Positions 11,075-25,266 are shown, counted from the stretch's first letter. The stretch is 64,000 nucleotides of DNA from Eledone cirrhosa (GCA_964016885.1 OZ024756.1:23808001-23872000), one strand, 5' to 3'. Numbers and translations: made by a program. The notes: a model not told the origin generated them from the letters alone.

Positions 11075-14035
11075 TATTTATTTATTTATTTTATTTATTT
11101 TGTATGTGTGTGTGTATACATATGTATATTGTACACATGTGTCTGCGTGTGTGTGAAATTTCGTAATGTGAGGAGAGAGAATGAATGAATGGCGAATTGT
11201 GTGGAACTGTTGAAATGAATAGTAGCTATAAAGATAGATATAACACATATTTTAAAATGAACGTTTACGCTATCTTTTGGTTTTCAGATTTTCATTTTAG
11301 ATTTTCTGAACAAAATAAATGATTAAAAAAAATGGAAATAAAAAAAATGAAAAAAAAAATATGTATATCTTGTTCAATTAAACATTTTTATTATGTTTTT
11401 TATTTTATAAATAACTAACAAATAATATTGCCATGTTTTTTTTTTTTGCTGAAAATTATTATTATTGTTTCAGAGTTTTTTAAATGGTTAAAATTCATTA
11501 ACTAGCCATGTTATGCTCTTGTGTTAAATATATATATTCCTTTTATTATAGAAATCATTAGGAAAGTCCTGATGATTTCTGAGGAATGAAACAGTTTTAG
11601 TCCTGTAATCATTTCTATAATAAAATGAATATACCCTACTAACGTATATTGAGTACCTTTTTTTACAATGGTCGCCTCCCGATTTACATCGGGGTCCTAC
11701 ATAATATATATATATATACATACATACACACACACACACATATGTACACATATACAGAGAGAGGTTTCGACGGTTTCGGCAAAAAATTGTCTTTTTCTTT
11801 TAAAAAAATGTTATTTGTTTTCTTAAAATACCACGTATGGCATACATTTTTGTTGTTGCGGGGGTGGTGTTTTGGCCCCCACACTCACCCCTGTGTTCTT
11901 TTGATTTGACCGTTTCCACCGCTTTGCAGATTCAATTACCTACCCACTTTTAAGGAAACAGGAATGTGGTGGTGTTGGGGGGTGTATAGACACGTCGGTA
12001 GGAATCTCCGACATTAGATCTCGAAATAAGATTCATTGTGTGTGTATGTATATATATAAAGTCCTGTAGGAGCCATTTCTCTATAAAACTTGATATATAT
12101 ATATAGGATCTCTATGTAAATCGGGAAGCGACCACTGTCAAAAAAGGTATTCAATATGTTAGTAGAGTATATGTATATTAATTCTTTTTTATAGAAATGA
12201 CTTCTATAATACTAGAACTATTTCATTCGTAAGAAATCATCATTACGAATGAAACAGTTCTAGTCCTGTAGAAGTCATTTCTATAATAAAATGAATACAT
12301 GTTGGTAATTCGAATTTTGATGAGTGCTCGCTGGCTTGCGTATCAGCGAGCAATCTCGAAATATAATAACTAATTATGCTCTATGTTGGTATTGAGCACT
12401 TTTTCCCTGTGTTATCAAATCCAAAAGTGTGTACGAGCAGAGCATGCGTGGAGAATCCGGTGAATCTGAGGAGATATTTTCGTTTTCCCATTTCGAGCTC
12501 TATTGTCAATTGTTTTTTGTTTTCACATAACACACAGTAGATATATTTTACAAACGTCAGTTTTTTTCCTATAATATATATATATATATCTTCAGGTTTA
12601 TACGTATTAAGATCTGTAGCAGTTTTAATAATAATTATTATTATTTGTTGTAATCTAATTTTATTCAATTCTTACTACTGATAACATGTTTGCGAAATTG
12701 TTACAACATATATATGAATCGATTATTTTCGTCGTATGTAAAACTGCCAGACGAAAAGTGCTACAGATGTTGCCTTAAGGGAAATCATGCTGTTTTCATT
12801 TGATTTTTATCTATAAAGAATATATATTTATATGTCTGTGTGTGTGTCTATAAAAATATATATGAAACCGCATAAATATTATGGTTAAATTGTTTCGTGT
12901 TACCAAAGATCGTGGGTATCTGTGTGAAATAACGTTGACTGCTGTTAATTTTTTGGGAATATCCTGATTTTGTGAACGAAGTACTTGGAACCATTTATTT
13001 CAACGTAGTAGTTACAGTTGCAGATCGATGGGCTACTGTCTGCAAGTGGAGGGAAAAATCACACCACACAATAACTACACAGACATATACGATAGTTAGC
13101 TAGAGATAGGTAGATAGATAAATAGAACCAGTTGGCGATGGTTACTTCTGACAGGACCCGCTAGAAAGATTGTTTGGGGACTTAGTCCCCACGATCCTCT
13201 CAGGAATACGTGGGCGAAGAACAAGATAAATAGACAGATAGTTATACAAAAAGTGGTAGATAGACATAGATATAGATAAATTTGTAGGTAGATAGATAGA
13301 CATTTGTCTGAAGTTTGTTTTTAAAAAAAAATTGAATATTTTACATTTACAAGCCAACAATATTTCCTCCTAATTTAAATAAATAAATATATAAATTAGG
13401 TAAATTGAAGCACGGTCTTTAATGTGTATAAGGACGATTCATTGTGTTTTGTGTCATTATCACTGTAGTTCAGTATGATATTCTATCCGTATGGTGATAC
13501 ATTTTTGGAGGATGTAGAGGTGGTTTAGGGTTAGGGTAGATGTTGGTTTTCATCCATTGACTCATATCGATTTGAAGATTAACCCTGCTTCATCTTAACC
13601 TCCCTCTAACTGGAAATCATGTTCAGATTACCAGGAGGGAAGATGAAATCAATATCAAATTACCTCCCAAAGGTGTAGCTTGGACATAATTTCATCTTAC
13701 CCTTCAATAAAGAAGCTATTATTGTTGTTATTATTAACAATGCATTGGCATTATCGGTAGAGCGTTGGACATGCTTCGCGACACAGAGTTACGTCCCTTT
13801 ACGTTGCGAGTTTAAATCCCGCTAAGGTTAGTTTTGTCTTTCATTCTTACGGGGTGGAATAAATCGACTTTCCGCTCTCCCAAATTGTTGACTTTGTGCC
13901 TTAATCAGAAACCATTATTAACAGTGCAGGAGTAATTTGAAATTAGATTCAGGCTCCCCTCAGGTAATAGGAAAGTGATTTCGGATTAATGGGAGATGAC
14001 TTAAAATGGTGGACGGTGGTTTCAAATCTTTACAC

Positions 14036-14306
14036 CTGTGGTTCCCAAACTTTTGTGCACTATGCCCCACCTGAACATCTCAAAAATTGTCACCCTCACT
14101 CCTCGATATGAAAACCGATGATCAATTGCAAAGTGTAAACAAATTGTCATATAGGTGGTGCCAGATGCACAATAACGGAGATGAGACAGGAGTTTCCAAT
14201 AGTAATGAGTACCAAAGTTGCCTTGGTGTAAAAGTAATAAGGTAAAATCTGAAGTTTGTTCTCATAAACATCATTTTCAAATTGCACCCCAAGTTGGGTA
14301 TCACTG
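14036..14306. mobile_element. Degenerate hAT (Charlie-like) MITE
   Basis: Termini C(T)GTGGTTCCCAAAC ... GTTGGGTATCACTG resemble CAGTGGTTCCCAA-type TIRs. Confidence 0.5.
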
Positions 14307-14534
14307 CTTTACACCAACCAGCCTTACTGGATCCAAGCTAACATTGAACCACCACCACTATCACATTCGGCCAGACATTCAAATAATTTTCTACTTTTGG
14401 CATAATGGGTAGGAGGATGGAGAAAGTCGATTAAATCGACCCCAGTGAATTGCTGATGACTGTATATGTAGCCCCCCACTCTCCTCCGCAGTTCATCACT
14501 GGTATTTAACTCAACCAGTGTTGAGACTCGAAAG

Positions 14535-14835
14535 AGCGCGTAGCTCAAAGATTAGAGAGTCACTTCAGATAGAGCCGCTACTTCTCCAAATTGAGAGATC
14601 ACAGCTCTGATATTACTGACATGCGGTTAGAATGTCCTGGGAAAGAATTGCTGGACAGAATTTTAAAGGCAAAACCAACTGGCAGGAGCCCGAGGGAGAT
14701 GGTTGGATAACATCCATGAGCTCGATAGTCTCACTTGGGGATCCAGCCAAATCAATTGGAGACGGTTGCTTCTGGAAGGAATGTTTGAGGACTTTGCCCT
14801 CCGTGACCCTCACAGGAATAAGTGGGCGAAGAAGA
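14535..14835. repeat. Unclassified interspersed repeat family (copies at ~4120-4280, 13135-13225, 21120-21410, 24225-24460, 47330-47520, 60890-61080)
   Basis: Shared core GATGGTTGGATAACATCCATGAGCT...CAGGAATAAGTGGGCGAA occurs in both orientations. Confidence 0.75.
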
Positions 14836-16171
14836 AGCGTTAAAACTTCTGTGCACCTGCTTAACATGCTAGAAACAGCATCTAGATCTGCTCTTTAACA
14901 CTTTCGATAACAAACCAACCGAAACTGCTCCTAGTACTACGATACAAAACAACAACTAGAAACAAACAATATTTACTGTTTATGTATGGACAAGATTAGA
15001 GTTGTCAATTCTTCCACCACTTGTCACAGACAGCCATGCTAATTTGTGTGTGTCAGCTTTGTTAACTAAATTGTTCTCTTTAACATAATCTACTCTTATA
15101 TTGTATTAATTAATGACATTTTGTCACTCACATTTAAACCCCAGTTTATTCTTATACTAATGATATGACTCACCACTCTTGCTCTTCTTAACATTCTCAT
15201 ATCTATTAACAAACCTTATTGCTTAGCAACCCATAGGTTAACCCTTTCAATGCATGCATGCATGGTCCCCTAACTCCTGGCGGAGTCGTAGGGGCACCGT
15301 ATTGACATGCGGCATATCTAGGGCATTTTAAAACCTGGCGGAGCCCATTTCCTCTCCAGGTTTGAATACAGCAGATTTCTTCCAGAGAAGGATAGAGATT
15401 GAGGGAATGGAAGTGAGGAAGAATCGACCCCAGTACTTCACAGGTACTTTTTTTTTTATCAAACTCGAATGGATGAAAGGCAAAGTTGAACTGAGAGAGC
15501 AGAGAGCTGAAACGAATACCGCAAATCATTCTATCCGACATTCATACGACTCTGCCAATTCGCTACCTGCTATATTTCAATATCTTATTTCTAATGAAAA
15601 ATATTGCCTATTGCTTTGAGAATATTCAAGAATTTAGAAGTGGTTTGGCAGAATCGGGAGAGCGTCGGACAATATGCTTTGCGGCATATAGTTATGGCCC
15701 TTTACCTTATAATACTTATTATACCATAGATATGTCTACCTGTATTTACCTTTACATTACCTCTATACCATAGATATAATCTAGCTACACCGTTACCCAA
15801 GGGAACTTTCTAGGTAGAAAACCTGTGGTCATTCGTGACCAAAGAGAGCCTTTTTTTTTTATAAGAGGCACTGTTTTATTCTTTGAGTGGAAAAAGAAAA
15901 TTAATATTCTGAATTTATTCTTAATCCAGGTGTGACCATGAACCTTAATTAAGATGAAATGTCAACTAGATTGACAACACGTTTTCCTTACGCTGTCAAT
16001 TAAAAATATATAGAAACGACCTTCATGAATATCAAGTAACTCTGACACCGTTACTATGACTACCAATATTGTATTTGTCATTCATTAAAATAATTAAAAT
16101 AATAACTCATTACTGTCGAAACGAAATTTGTAATAAGTGTTTATATACATATATATGTAATGTTGTAAAGT

Positions 16172-16478
16172 GGAACAATAGCTGAGGCCGTGGAGAGGAG
16201 TTCCAGCTATATCTGGTTGAGGAAGAACAAAAGCGAGCTCTGTACGGTTTAAATTCACAACAAGTCTCCCCTGGTATCGAAGTGGTTAAAGGGTGTCAGG
16301 CGTGAGCAGAAGCGGACCCAAGAGTTGTGATTTGGATGTGGCCCAGCTTCCTTAAAGTGTAAGGGGTTAAGGACTGAAAAGCTTGCATGAAGGTCTGGGG
16401 GTGGGGAAGGTGGAGCTCTTCTTCCCTGAAGACCTGATGTCCAGCTTTCCGCGAGAGTTTCTTACTACTACTACTACT
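16172..16478 (+). mobile_element. 3' end of an RLE-type (HERO/R2-group-like) LINE
   Basis: Translates GTIAEAVERSSSYIWLRKNK..stop, resembling the AE.AS.W.WL.R C-terminus of HERO-like elements. A GC-rich 3'UTR and a (TAC)n tail follow. Confidence 0.45.
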
Positions 16479-16638
16479 GTAATTTGTATGTAAAGTTAGG
16501 TATGATGTTTTTCGGTCTATCAATTATTGAAACACTGCTATTGCAGGTAGTTAGTTACATTTGTTTGTTTCGCATAAACAGAGATATTTCACTGGTCAGT
16601 GGTTAGACATGTATCACTACATTATTTGCTGACTAGTT

Positions 16639-16801
16639 TGGCAGGGTCGGACGCCATGCTTTCCAGCATAGTTACGTCCCTTTACGATCTGAGTTCAAAT
16701 CCCGCCGAGGTTGACTTTGCCTTTCATCCTTACGGGGTCGATAAAATAAAGTACCAGTAATGCACTGGGTAATTGCTGGCCTTGTGCCTAAAGTAGAAAC
16801 A
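16639..16801 (+). mobile_element. tRNA-derived SINE with Deu/Nin-like core, 18-bp TSD (representative of >15 copies)
   Basis: B box GAGTTCAAATCC and core GACTTTGCCTTTCATCCTTACGGGGTCGATAAAATAAAGTACCAG, with TSD ATTATTTGCTGACTAGTT on both sides. Other copies at ~7255-7470, 13745-13920, 15240-15570, 20040-20200, 21450-21625, 30290-30470, 31765-32330 (3 copies), 42600-42760, 44700-44850, 45077-45260, 47100-47265, 48310-48380 and 54055-54250. Confidence 0.85.
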
Positions 16802-18505
16802 ATTATTTGCTGACTAGTTACTTCGAGCTAGCGTGTATGCATGTATCAATACAACGATATAATAGTCGTGAAATAACAGGAAGACGATAGATTAGTGAAA
16901 AACATAAGTAAACCTACTGCCTGTGTCTATCCTGTTAGTTGATCTACCGAGCGGGTATGAAATGTGAGAGCATAATAAACACTGGTTTTCGTGAAGAGAA
17001 ATTTCAGTGTTAACAGAACTTTCTTCTCTTGTTTGTGTTATCACTATGTCTGATGGTGTAATCTGGCCGAGAAGGTGAAAGCCAGTAAGGTCAGGAGAGA
17101 GAAAGGGTAAAAGTGAATGGCTACATCGTTAACCTCTCACAGACAGCTGCTTCGTGTCTCTCTGGTGGATTCCCTAAGTACTTATATTTATAATAACCCT
17201 AGAGCTAGAATGATGTGTATATGGGTTGATTTATGAGAAACCATGTGTGTTTCATCTGTCAGGAACCTGGAGTCACAGGTCAAGTGGTATGTATGTTTAT
17301 CATACTTGTCTCTTGATAGGACAATGGTGGGAAACTCCCAACAATAGGTGGTCCCAGAGGCGAGAAACCTCAGATTCGGTTTCGAATTTTGCCAGGTAAA
17401 ACGTAGGAGTATTCCGTTACACATGTAATGATCAGTGCTGGATTTAACAATAAGCTATAGCTTAGGGCCACACACCCTCGGGAGCCTCATTTAAAAAAAA
17501 AAAAATTTTAGTTTTATCATTAGTTTTTTTTATTCTTTAACACTAAATCATCAAAAATTATATATTTACATATCATCATTATCATCGTTTAACGTCTATT
17601 TTTATATACTATCATGCGTTAGATGAATTGTCCCGTTGTGAGACAAGTCAGGTCAGATCACCGTTTCTGGCGTGGTTTCTATGGCTTGCTAACGCCAATG
17701 ACATTTACAGAGTGGTCTGGGTGTTTTTATCGTAATATTTATATATATTATTTATTATTTTCATTAACATTTATATAAAAAAGCAATAATTATATATTTT
17801 TAGAGAAGGGCCTCAAATTTCATATAGCATAGGGCCTCAGCTGGACAATATCACCAATATTAATCTATATGATGCTGTTTGTCCATAATTCTCATCAGAG
17901 GGAAAAGTGACATCGGTGCGTCCCGAATCTTCATCCAACGACCATATACCTCATTTAAAAAAAAATAAAATAAAATAAAAAAAACATGGCTTTGCATTAA
18001 GGAAAGCAGTTGATCACAGAACTCTGCCAGTAAAAGTCTTATCCAACCCTTTCTAAAACTAGACGCATTCTGTTGAATTAATTTGAGTCTTTATGCCAAA
18101 ATCAAAATCAATTATTTTATTCAGTCAAGATTTTATGATTTCTAATTTAAGAGTATTGATTTTCTTTTTAATTTGACAAGGGGTTGGGAGGACCTTTCAG
18201 TTTGACTAAAAAAAAACACGACTTCTCTGCACTTGATGGAATGTATGATCGTATGTAAGCAGGATATTGACACCTGGGCCTATCTGGCAGGTCAGTAGCC
18301 ACCACTTCAGTACTGACTTGGTCTCTATAGACCCATTCAACCTTTGCTGGCAGGGAAAGCAGGCGTTAAACGATGATGATGATGATAGGGATACTTCTTG
18401 TTTATTACTCCACATTTCAAATTGAAACAAATGTTATCTAACCCAAGACCTTGCCCCTGAAACCTATTGCTAATTCTAAACCCGTAACTCTAATGGAAGA
18501 GGCTT

Positions 18506-18898
18506 TGTAACCGGTCCCAGGGAAATAGAATCCCAGGCCATTTAGCCAGTAAAAGTGGCAGACACGTTGCGGCCGAGTTAAGACAATTTGAAATCTTTTC
18601 CACCATCAATTGTTAAAATTTAGTCATCTTATAATCCTGCTTGTGTTTCGCCCATTCGTAACGTACGTTACGCTTTAATTACATACACTCACATCTACTG
18701 AATTGATTGGCCTAAGAATTTTAGCAGAAAGTCATGACCTAGGTTAAAGATAGTAGTCACTACTTGGTTTCTAAAACACTTTATCATTTAGCGGTAAAAT
18801 AAGCTTCCGATATCCCGGCTAGAGTTGCGTCCCTTTAGGGTTTACCGGTAAAATAAGTTTAAAAAGCATGCTTGTCCATTTTGCCGGGACCGGCTACA
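18506..18898. mobile_element. Putative MITE with imperfect terminal inverted repeats
   Basis: TGTAACCGGTCCCAGGGAAAT ... ATTTTGCCGGGACCGGCTACA. Confidence 0.45.
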
Positions 18899-19160
18899 TA
18901 GCCTATTCCAACTCTAATTTATATAAAGCTTGTTTCAACTTGAAAAGCAGGTTAATAACGAAGAAAGGATGACACGAAGACATTTTTCCCTACAGGGAAA
19001 TATAACTCGAATCAACTCTTCCCTAGAGTATTACTGGTTTGTCAAAATTCCATTGTATATTTTCTGCCAATTCTTTGTTTTTATTGATTAAATAAAAAAT
19101 AAAATTGTTTCATGAAACCTTATATTAAATAATTCAGGTGCTATTTGTTTATCAATGTCG

Positions 19161-20036
19161 TATATAACACCATTACTATCTCTGTATATATAAAACCTTT
19201 ATTATTTCTGTATATAACACCATTATATATAACACCATTACTATTGCTGTATATAACACCATTACTATCTCTATCTCTCTATATATAACACCATAACTAT
19301 TTCTGTGTGTAACGCTATTACTATCTCTGTATATAACACCATTACTATCTCTGTATATAACACCATTACTATCTCTGTATATAACACCATTACTATCTCT
19401 TTATATAACACCATTACTATCTCTGTATATATAACATCAATACTATCTCTGTATATAACACCATTACTATCTCTGTATATAACACCATTACTATCTCTGT
19501 ATATATAACATCAATACTATCTCTGTATATAACACCATTACTATCTCTGTATATATAACATCAATACTATCTCTGTATATAACACCATTACTATCTCTGT
19601 TTATATAACATCATTACTATCTCTCTCTCTATATATAACACCATTAGGATCTTTGTGTATATAATACCATTACGGTCTATGTATATATATATAAATAACA
19701 CCATTACGATCTATATATGTAATACCATTACTATCTCTGTATATATAATACCATTGATATCTCTATATATAATACCATTACTATCTCTGTATATATAATA
19801 CCATTGATATCTCTATATATAATACCATTACTATCTCTGTATATATAATACCATTGATATCTCTATATATAATACCATTACTATCTCTGTATATATAATA
19901 CCATTACTATCTCTGTGTATATAATATCATTACGATTTATGTATATAACACCATTACGATCTATGTATGTAATACCATTACTATCTCTGCATATATAACA
20001 CCATTAATATTTCTATATAACACCATTAATATCTCT
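19161..20036. repeat. Minisatellite, 24-26-bp unit TATATAACACCATTACTATCTCTG
   Basis: About 35 head-to-tail units with variants and no unique spacers. Confidence 0.95.
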
Positions 20037-20424
20037 CGATTAAATCGACCCCAGTACGTTACTGGTGCTTTATTTTATTGACTCGGTAAGGATGAAAGGT
20101 AAAGTTAACCTTGGTGGGATTTGAACTCAGAACGCAAAGGTACGTAACTCTATGCCGCAAAGTATGTTGTCCGACATTCTGCCGATATTGTCAATACACC
20201 GGCTTGGTAATAGGTAAAGTACTCCTAGAGACGGTAAAAAAAAAGAAGAAAAAACGGACAGCAGCCGCTAGAAAGAATCGATCTCTGTGCCTTTTTATTT
20301 CCCATTGAGCTATTACTTATTGCAATCAGCTGTGATAACAGTTATATTACTGCGTTTTAAATTTCTTCATTTTCTAAGAATTTCAAATCTATTTACTTAG
20401 CGTTCCGATATTTTCGAAATTAAG

Positions 20425-20471
<47 letters not shown>

Positions 20472-22133
20472 ATATATAGGATGGCCGTTGGCTCTCCTGA
20501 GTTCTTGTTTTTCATCCTGCAGGGTGTCCATAATCACCCTCCTCACCAAGCAAGTTTGGTTGCCATCCAATAATTTTTTTTAGAGTGAGAGACTCCTAGT
20601 CTTCATTAAGATATCTCTCTAGGAGAAGGTCACTCTGGTATAAATCCTACGACTTCGTTTGCATCCAATGATGTAAACCAGTTCTTCTTTTTGGGCAAAT
20701 GCATTCAATGTTCAGAGAGTGGGATGGGCCCCGTGCAAAGCCTTTCCTCACTTAAAAAAGTTTCAAGCACAGGTATTGCTTGATATGTGACATTTTTTGC
20801 GATGCATAGCATTGCTGGCCACAGGCAAGCCCCTAGCAGGACTAATGCGTGATGCTCAGGCTTTAGTATTAAGCGATGGCATTACTCGAAATCGAGTTGC
20901 AGCCATCATATATATATACATTAAATAGCTGAATCGTCGGAGAACTCAACATCATACATCGACATTTATTTATCCAAAGATTTTTCAAAGAAATATTACG
21001 GAATAGAGTTGTTTTAAGAAAATAAATTGACACATTTATTATACTGTTATTGTTTCCACCGCGAATATAAGCGGGCGAAATGGGGTATCTCCGAAGGGTC
21101 TTTGGGGTAACGTTACCCGACAGAGTGCGTAGCTCGGAGATCAGAGAGCCGCTACTTCTCCAAATTGAGAGATCACAGCTCTGATGTTACGGACATGCGG
21201 TTAGAATGTCCCAGGAAAGAATCGCTGGACAGATTTTACGGACCAAACCAACCAGAGGTAGACCCCGAGCAAGATGGTTGGATAACATCCATGAGCTTGG
21301 CTGGTCTCGCTTGGGAATCAGTTGGTAACGGTTGCGTCTGACAGGACCCACTGGAAGGACTGTTTGAGGACTCTTCCTCACGACCATCTCAGGAATAAGT
21401 GGGCGAAGGTAGAGAAATTATTGTTATTATTTTCTCATTCATCACGAACGTGAATTGGTAGAATCATTAGAGCATTGGCAAAAATGTTTTTTAGATATTT
21501 GTACCGGCTCTTTATGTTCTAAGTTCAAATCCCGCTGAGATCAACTTTGCCTTTAACATTCTCGCATATATTATTCCCTCTCCACCTCATAAATTTCTGA
21601 CCTTGTGTCTAAATTAGAAACTATTAATAAAAAGGTGGTGCGTGCAAAAAAATTGTTTGCTGATATTTTTTTCTTGGGAGTGGGTGGGATGTTGGTGGTT
21701 AGTGTTTGTTGTCAGTTTAAGAATTAAAAAATAAAAAAATAAAATATGGAAACATTTGAAAGTACATTTCACCCCAACCCAGTTACGTCCCTTTCACCAT
21801 CGCCACCACCATTACACTGCTACATCTGTCATAATTTAGTTTCAGAGGTTCATAGTAAGAAAAAATGCTGCTAACTTATCTCAATAAATCTTTTTTTCTA
21901 TTCCTGTGACTCTCTAACCTTTTTTTTTTATTACTCACACGCCCCACTTTATATCTAAATTCAAAAGTTTATCCGAAACAGATTATTTCTACATATTAGC
22001 ATAGCATAAAGTCGAAAAATGGATTATAAAATATACAGAACAAATTAATTGTACTTCAATCTTTAGTAAAAATATAAATGGAGCAAAGGTCATCACTAAG
22101 ACGTGGGTGAGGTGACTTATATATGAACTTTAA

Positions 22134-23006
22134 CTAGCCGAATTACCTGCGCGTTGCTGCGTTTCACATTTTTTCCTTTTTTTTTTTTTTGTAAGAAAAT
22201 GATGATTGATTTTAAATCAGTGATATAATTTATGGAGAAAAACTCTGCATTTCAATATTAATGCATGAAAAATTGGAAAATATTTTTTAACATAATAAAT
22301 ACATGAAAATATATTTCATACTTTGTCCTAATGAAGAACTTCAGGGTAAACAACATTTTTTGTATTTCTTTGATTGGCTAAAATGTAGAGATTTTTTGAA
22401 GTTCCAGTCCTTGAAACAGCCGCATAAAACATGCCATGACTGAAACATGTTTTTGTCAGATCTAAACCAATAGTTTTGAAAGTTTGACCTTGACTCTTAT
22501 TGATGCTCAAGGCAAAGCATGGCCTCACTGGGAACTGCAGCCTCTTAAATATAAAAGGCAACTCGCTATCACTTGGTATAAGTGGAATCCTCGGAATGAG
22601 AAGAGCTTGACCTTTGTAAGCCCCGAATATAATGGTTGCTTCAATCAAGTTCTCATGCAATCTTGTTACAACACATTTTGTTCCATTTATTGGCCAACAT
22701 TTTCACTATAGGGGGTTTAACCCCCATTAGGGTGTCTTAATATTATTGAAATTTGCTGAAATTTTGTGGATAGGTATCATATCTTGTCATTTACCTATGG
22801 TTTAAATTTCATATAAATCAAAGGGAAAACATTTTGAGCGGGATTTGTGCCCCCGGAGAACGCTTTGATTAAAATGAAATATACTTATCCAAGTACCCTG
22901 GTCAATGTAGTTTCAGAAAATATATGGTTATGGGGGTCTATCTCCAAAACGATAGGAGGGGTTCGTGAACAAACAAACAGACGAACTACAACTTTATATA
23001 TAGAGA
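22134..23006 (-). mobile_element. Internally deleted Helitron carrying the C-terminus of its PIF1-family helicase
   Basis: On the minus strand it starts 5'-TC (A|TCTCTATATATAAAG) and ends CTAG-3' (..GCAACGCGCAGGTAATTCGGCTAG|T), i.e. inserted at an AT site. ORF 22328-22660 has IPRIPL, RLQFPVRPCFALSINKSQGQT, FSHGMFYAAVSR and TKNVVYPEVL. Confidence 0.9.
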
Positions 23007-23787
23007 TTTGACTTTATATTCACGTTTTGAAATAGAATCTTGCACTTTGGCTACAAACCCTCTCGTCTGTTTGGACGTATTGTCTCACTACTAGCTTCGA
23101 CCACTACCCCATCCCAACAATTTCCCCCGCCTCATAACTTAATAAATAATCTATTTTTTTTATAAATAAATACAGGCCTTTATTTGACAGATGTGGAATG
23201 TTGTTCAATAAAATGTACAGAAAAAGAAAGCAGCGTTGGATAGGGCTATAAATTCCATAAATAAGGAGGGGAAGAGCAAGGACTATTAGACAAAGGAAGA
23301 AAGGAATGGGGAAAGGGAGATGATGACAGACTTTACACCTAAGTCAAAGCGGTATTTCAGCTGCACCACGCGGACAATGGCCAGCAACAGGTTCCACCTC
23401 CGTCTCTAAGTCCCAGCCGACAGGATGGAAAATGCGTTGCCCCAGAGGACGACGAGGGAAACGCGTTGGAACAGCCACTGAAGCTCGCATTATTTCAATT
23501 TATGGTTATCTTCTCTTATTGTGCACGATGGTGCAGAGTGGAAGAGCGATCATATATTATATATCAACTCCTTCGCATAACGTGTTAACTTTAGATGATA
23601 TCATACCGGTGTCGGTTGCCGATGTAATGATCGCATAACAGCTCCACACTGGTGTCACTGAAATACGTGTTATCCAATAAATACGATTATATAACATCTC
23701 TTTTAAAGTATATTTCGTATATATATAAAATTTGAGTATGTGTTGGTTGTGTACCGACACTTCAGTATGCAGGGTAGAGCACTCAAC

Positions 23788-24006
23788 GATGTGTAAGTCA
23801 ACAGGTTAAAATTAACTTCGTTTATTCATATTCGCTGTTATATATATTTCGGTGATAACCGTTATTCAACAGCTATAACCTCATCAGACAGCTAGCTAGA
23901 ACTTAAACAGAAAAACATAACGATGGACGTTATGTTTTTGAGTATGTGTTGGTTAATAGCGAATATGAATAAACGAATTTAATTTTAACCTGTTGACTTA
24001 CACGTC
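23788..24006. repeat. 53-bp inverted repeat (3 mismatches) enclosing a hammerhead; Penelope-like pseudo-LTR arrangement
   Basis: GATGTGTAAGTCAACAGGTTAAAATTAACTTCGTTTATTCATATTCGCTGTTA is reverse-complemented at 23954-24006. Confidence 0.85.
23834..23892 (-). ncRNA. Minimal type I hammerhead ribozyme
   Basis: Minus strand: GCUGU-CUGAUGA-GGUUAUAGCUGUU gaau AACGGUUAUCACC-GAAA-UAUAUA-UA-ACAGC. Stem I is 5 bp, stem II has 12/13 pairs, stem III is palindromic and the core is intact. Confidence 0.8.
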
Positions 24007-24182
24007 TTGGTTTTATATATTATATATATATATAAGAAGAAGAAAAGGACGATTTGTTGTCTTCATTGCGTTTATTGAGTAGTAACTGCACGTTACATTC
24101 CTTATCTATATATAAATAATGTCTACAGTTAAAGCAGGGCTATAGGGGAAATATTCACTATTACCCCGCTAATGTGTGTGTG

Positions 24183-24227
<45 letters not shown>

Positions 24228-24484
24228 TTCGTCCACTTATTCCTGAGTGGGTCGTGGGCCAGAGTCCTCAAACACTCCTTCCAACGGGTCCTGTCAGAAG
24301 CAACCGTCTCCAACTGCTCTGGCTGGATCCCTAAAGCGAGAACAACCAAGCTCATCGATGTTATCCAACCATCTTGCTCAGGGTCGATACATGGGTCCAG
24401 TTGGGTTTTGTCCGTAAAATCTGTCCAATCATTTTTTCCTGAGACATTCTTACCAAAGTAATCGGTTAATACACACACATACAC

Positions 24485-24539
<55 letters not shown>

Positions 24540-24781
24540 CTCTCAGACGCGAGCCTGCACATTAAGACATATCTAAGGAGCTTCCGATTCCAGAGTGAGG
24601 TTCGATCATTAATAGATTGTCCCTCGGGCTGATCGACAGCGAAACATATGTAATAACTATGTATTTGATGCAACACCGATTCTTTGTTCCTTTATATATT
24701 AATACTGTAGATACTCTGCTCCCCAAGAGCATCGAGTGCTCACCCGGCATATCGCCTACGGACGCAATTAACTTGCACCTA

Positions 24782-24827
<46 letters not shown>

Positions 24828-25220
24828 TAAAATAACAAATTAAAGTTTAAGCAAAGAATCGCTGCTTTCACCCTTAACGGGATCTTCTGAAACTAAATAT
24901 ATATATATATTTGATAATGCATAAAATGCTGAAACCGGTAATTGATAATCATTAAATAAATAAATCAATGCCATTGTTAATTAATAAATAAATTAACTAA
25001 TACCTTAACACTTCACACAAAGTAAAATATTTTGTTTTAAACATTTTCTAAACCAGAAAAAAAGAGAAAACATTTTTTTTTTCTTCCTAATCGTTTTTCT
25101 TTGCTCCCTATATATATATATATATATATAACGAAGGAAATGTGTTAAGGAACCAGGTGGACTGGACCATAACGCACCAAAGTACTCAATACTTAGGGTA
25201 GTAGAGGGGTCCTACTTGTT

Positions 25221-25266
<46 letters not shown>

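Noticed and set aside
13523-13537. TTAGGG telomeric motif
   Set aside because: Only two units; expected by chance.
17892-17898. Other CTGATGA hits (also 40111-40117 and ~53216)
   Set aside because: No correctly placed GAAA, stem II or stem I, so not hammerheads.
19161-20036. CRISPR-like periodicity
   Set aside because: Head-to-tail units without unique spacers, in a eukaryotic context with no cas genes: a minisatellite.
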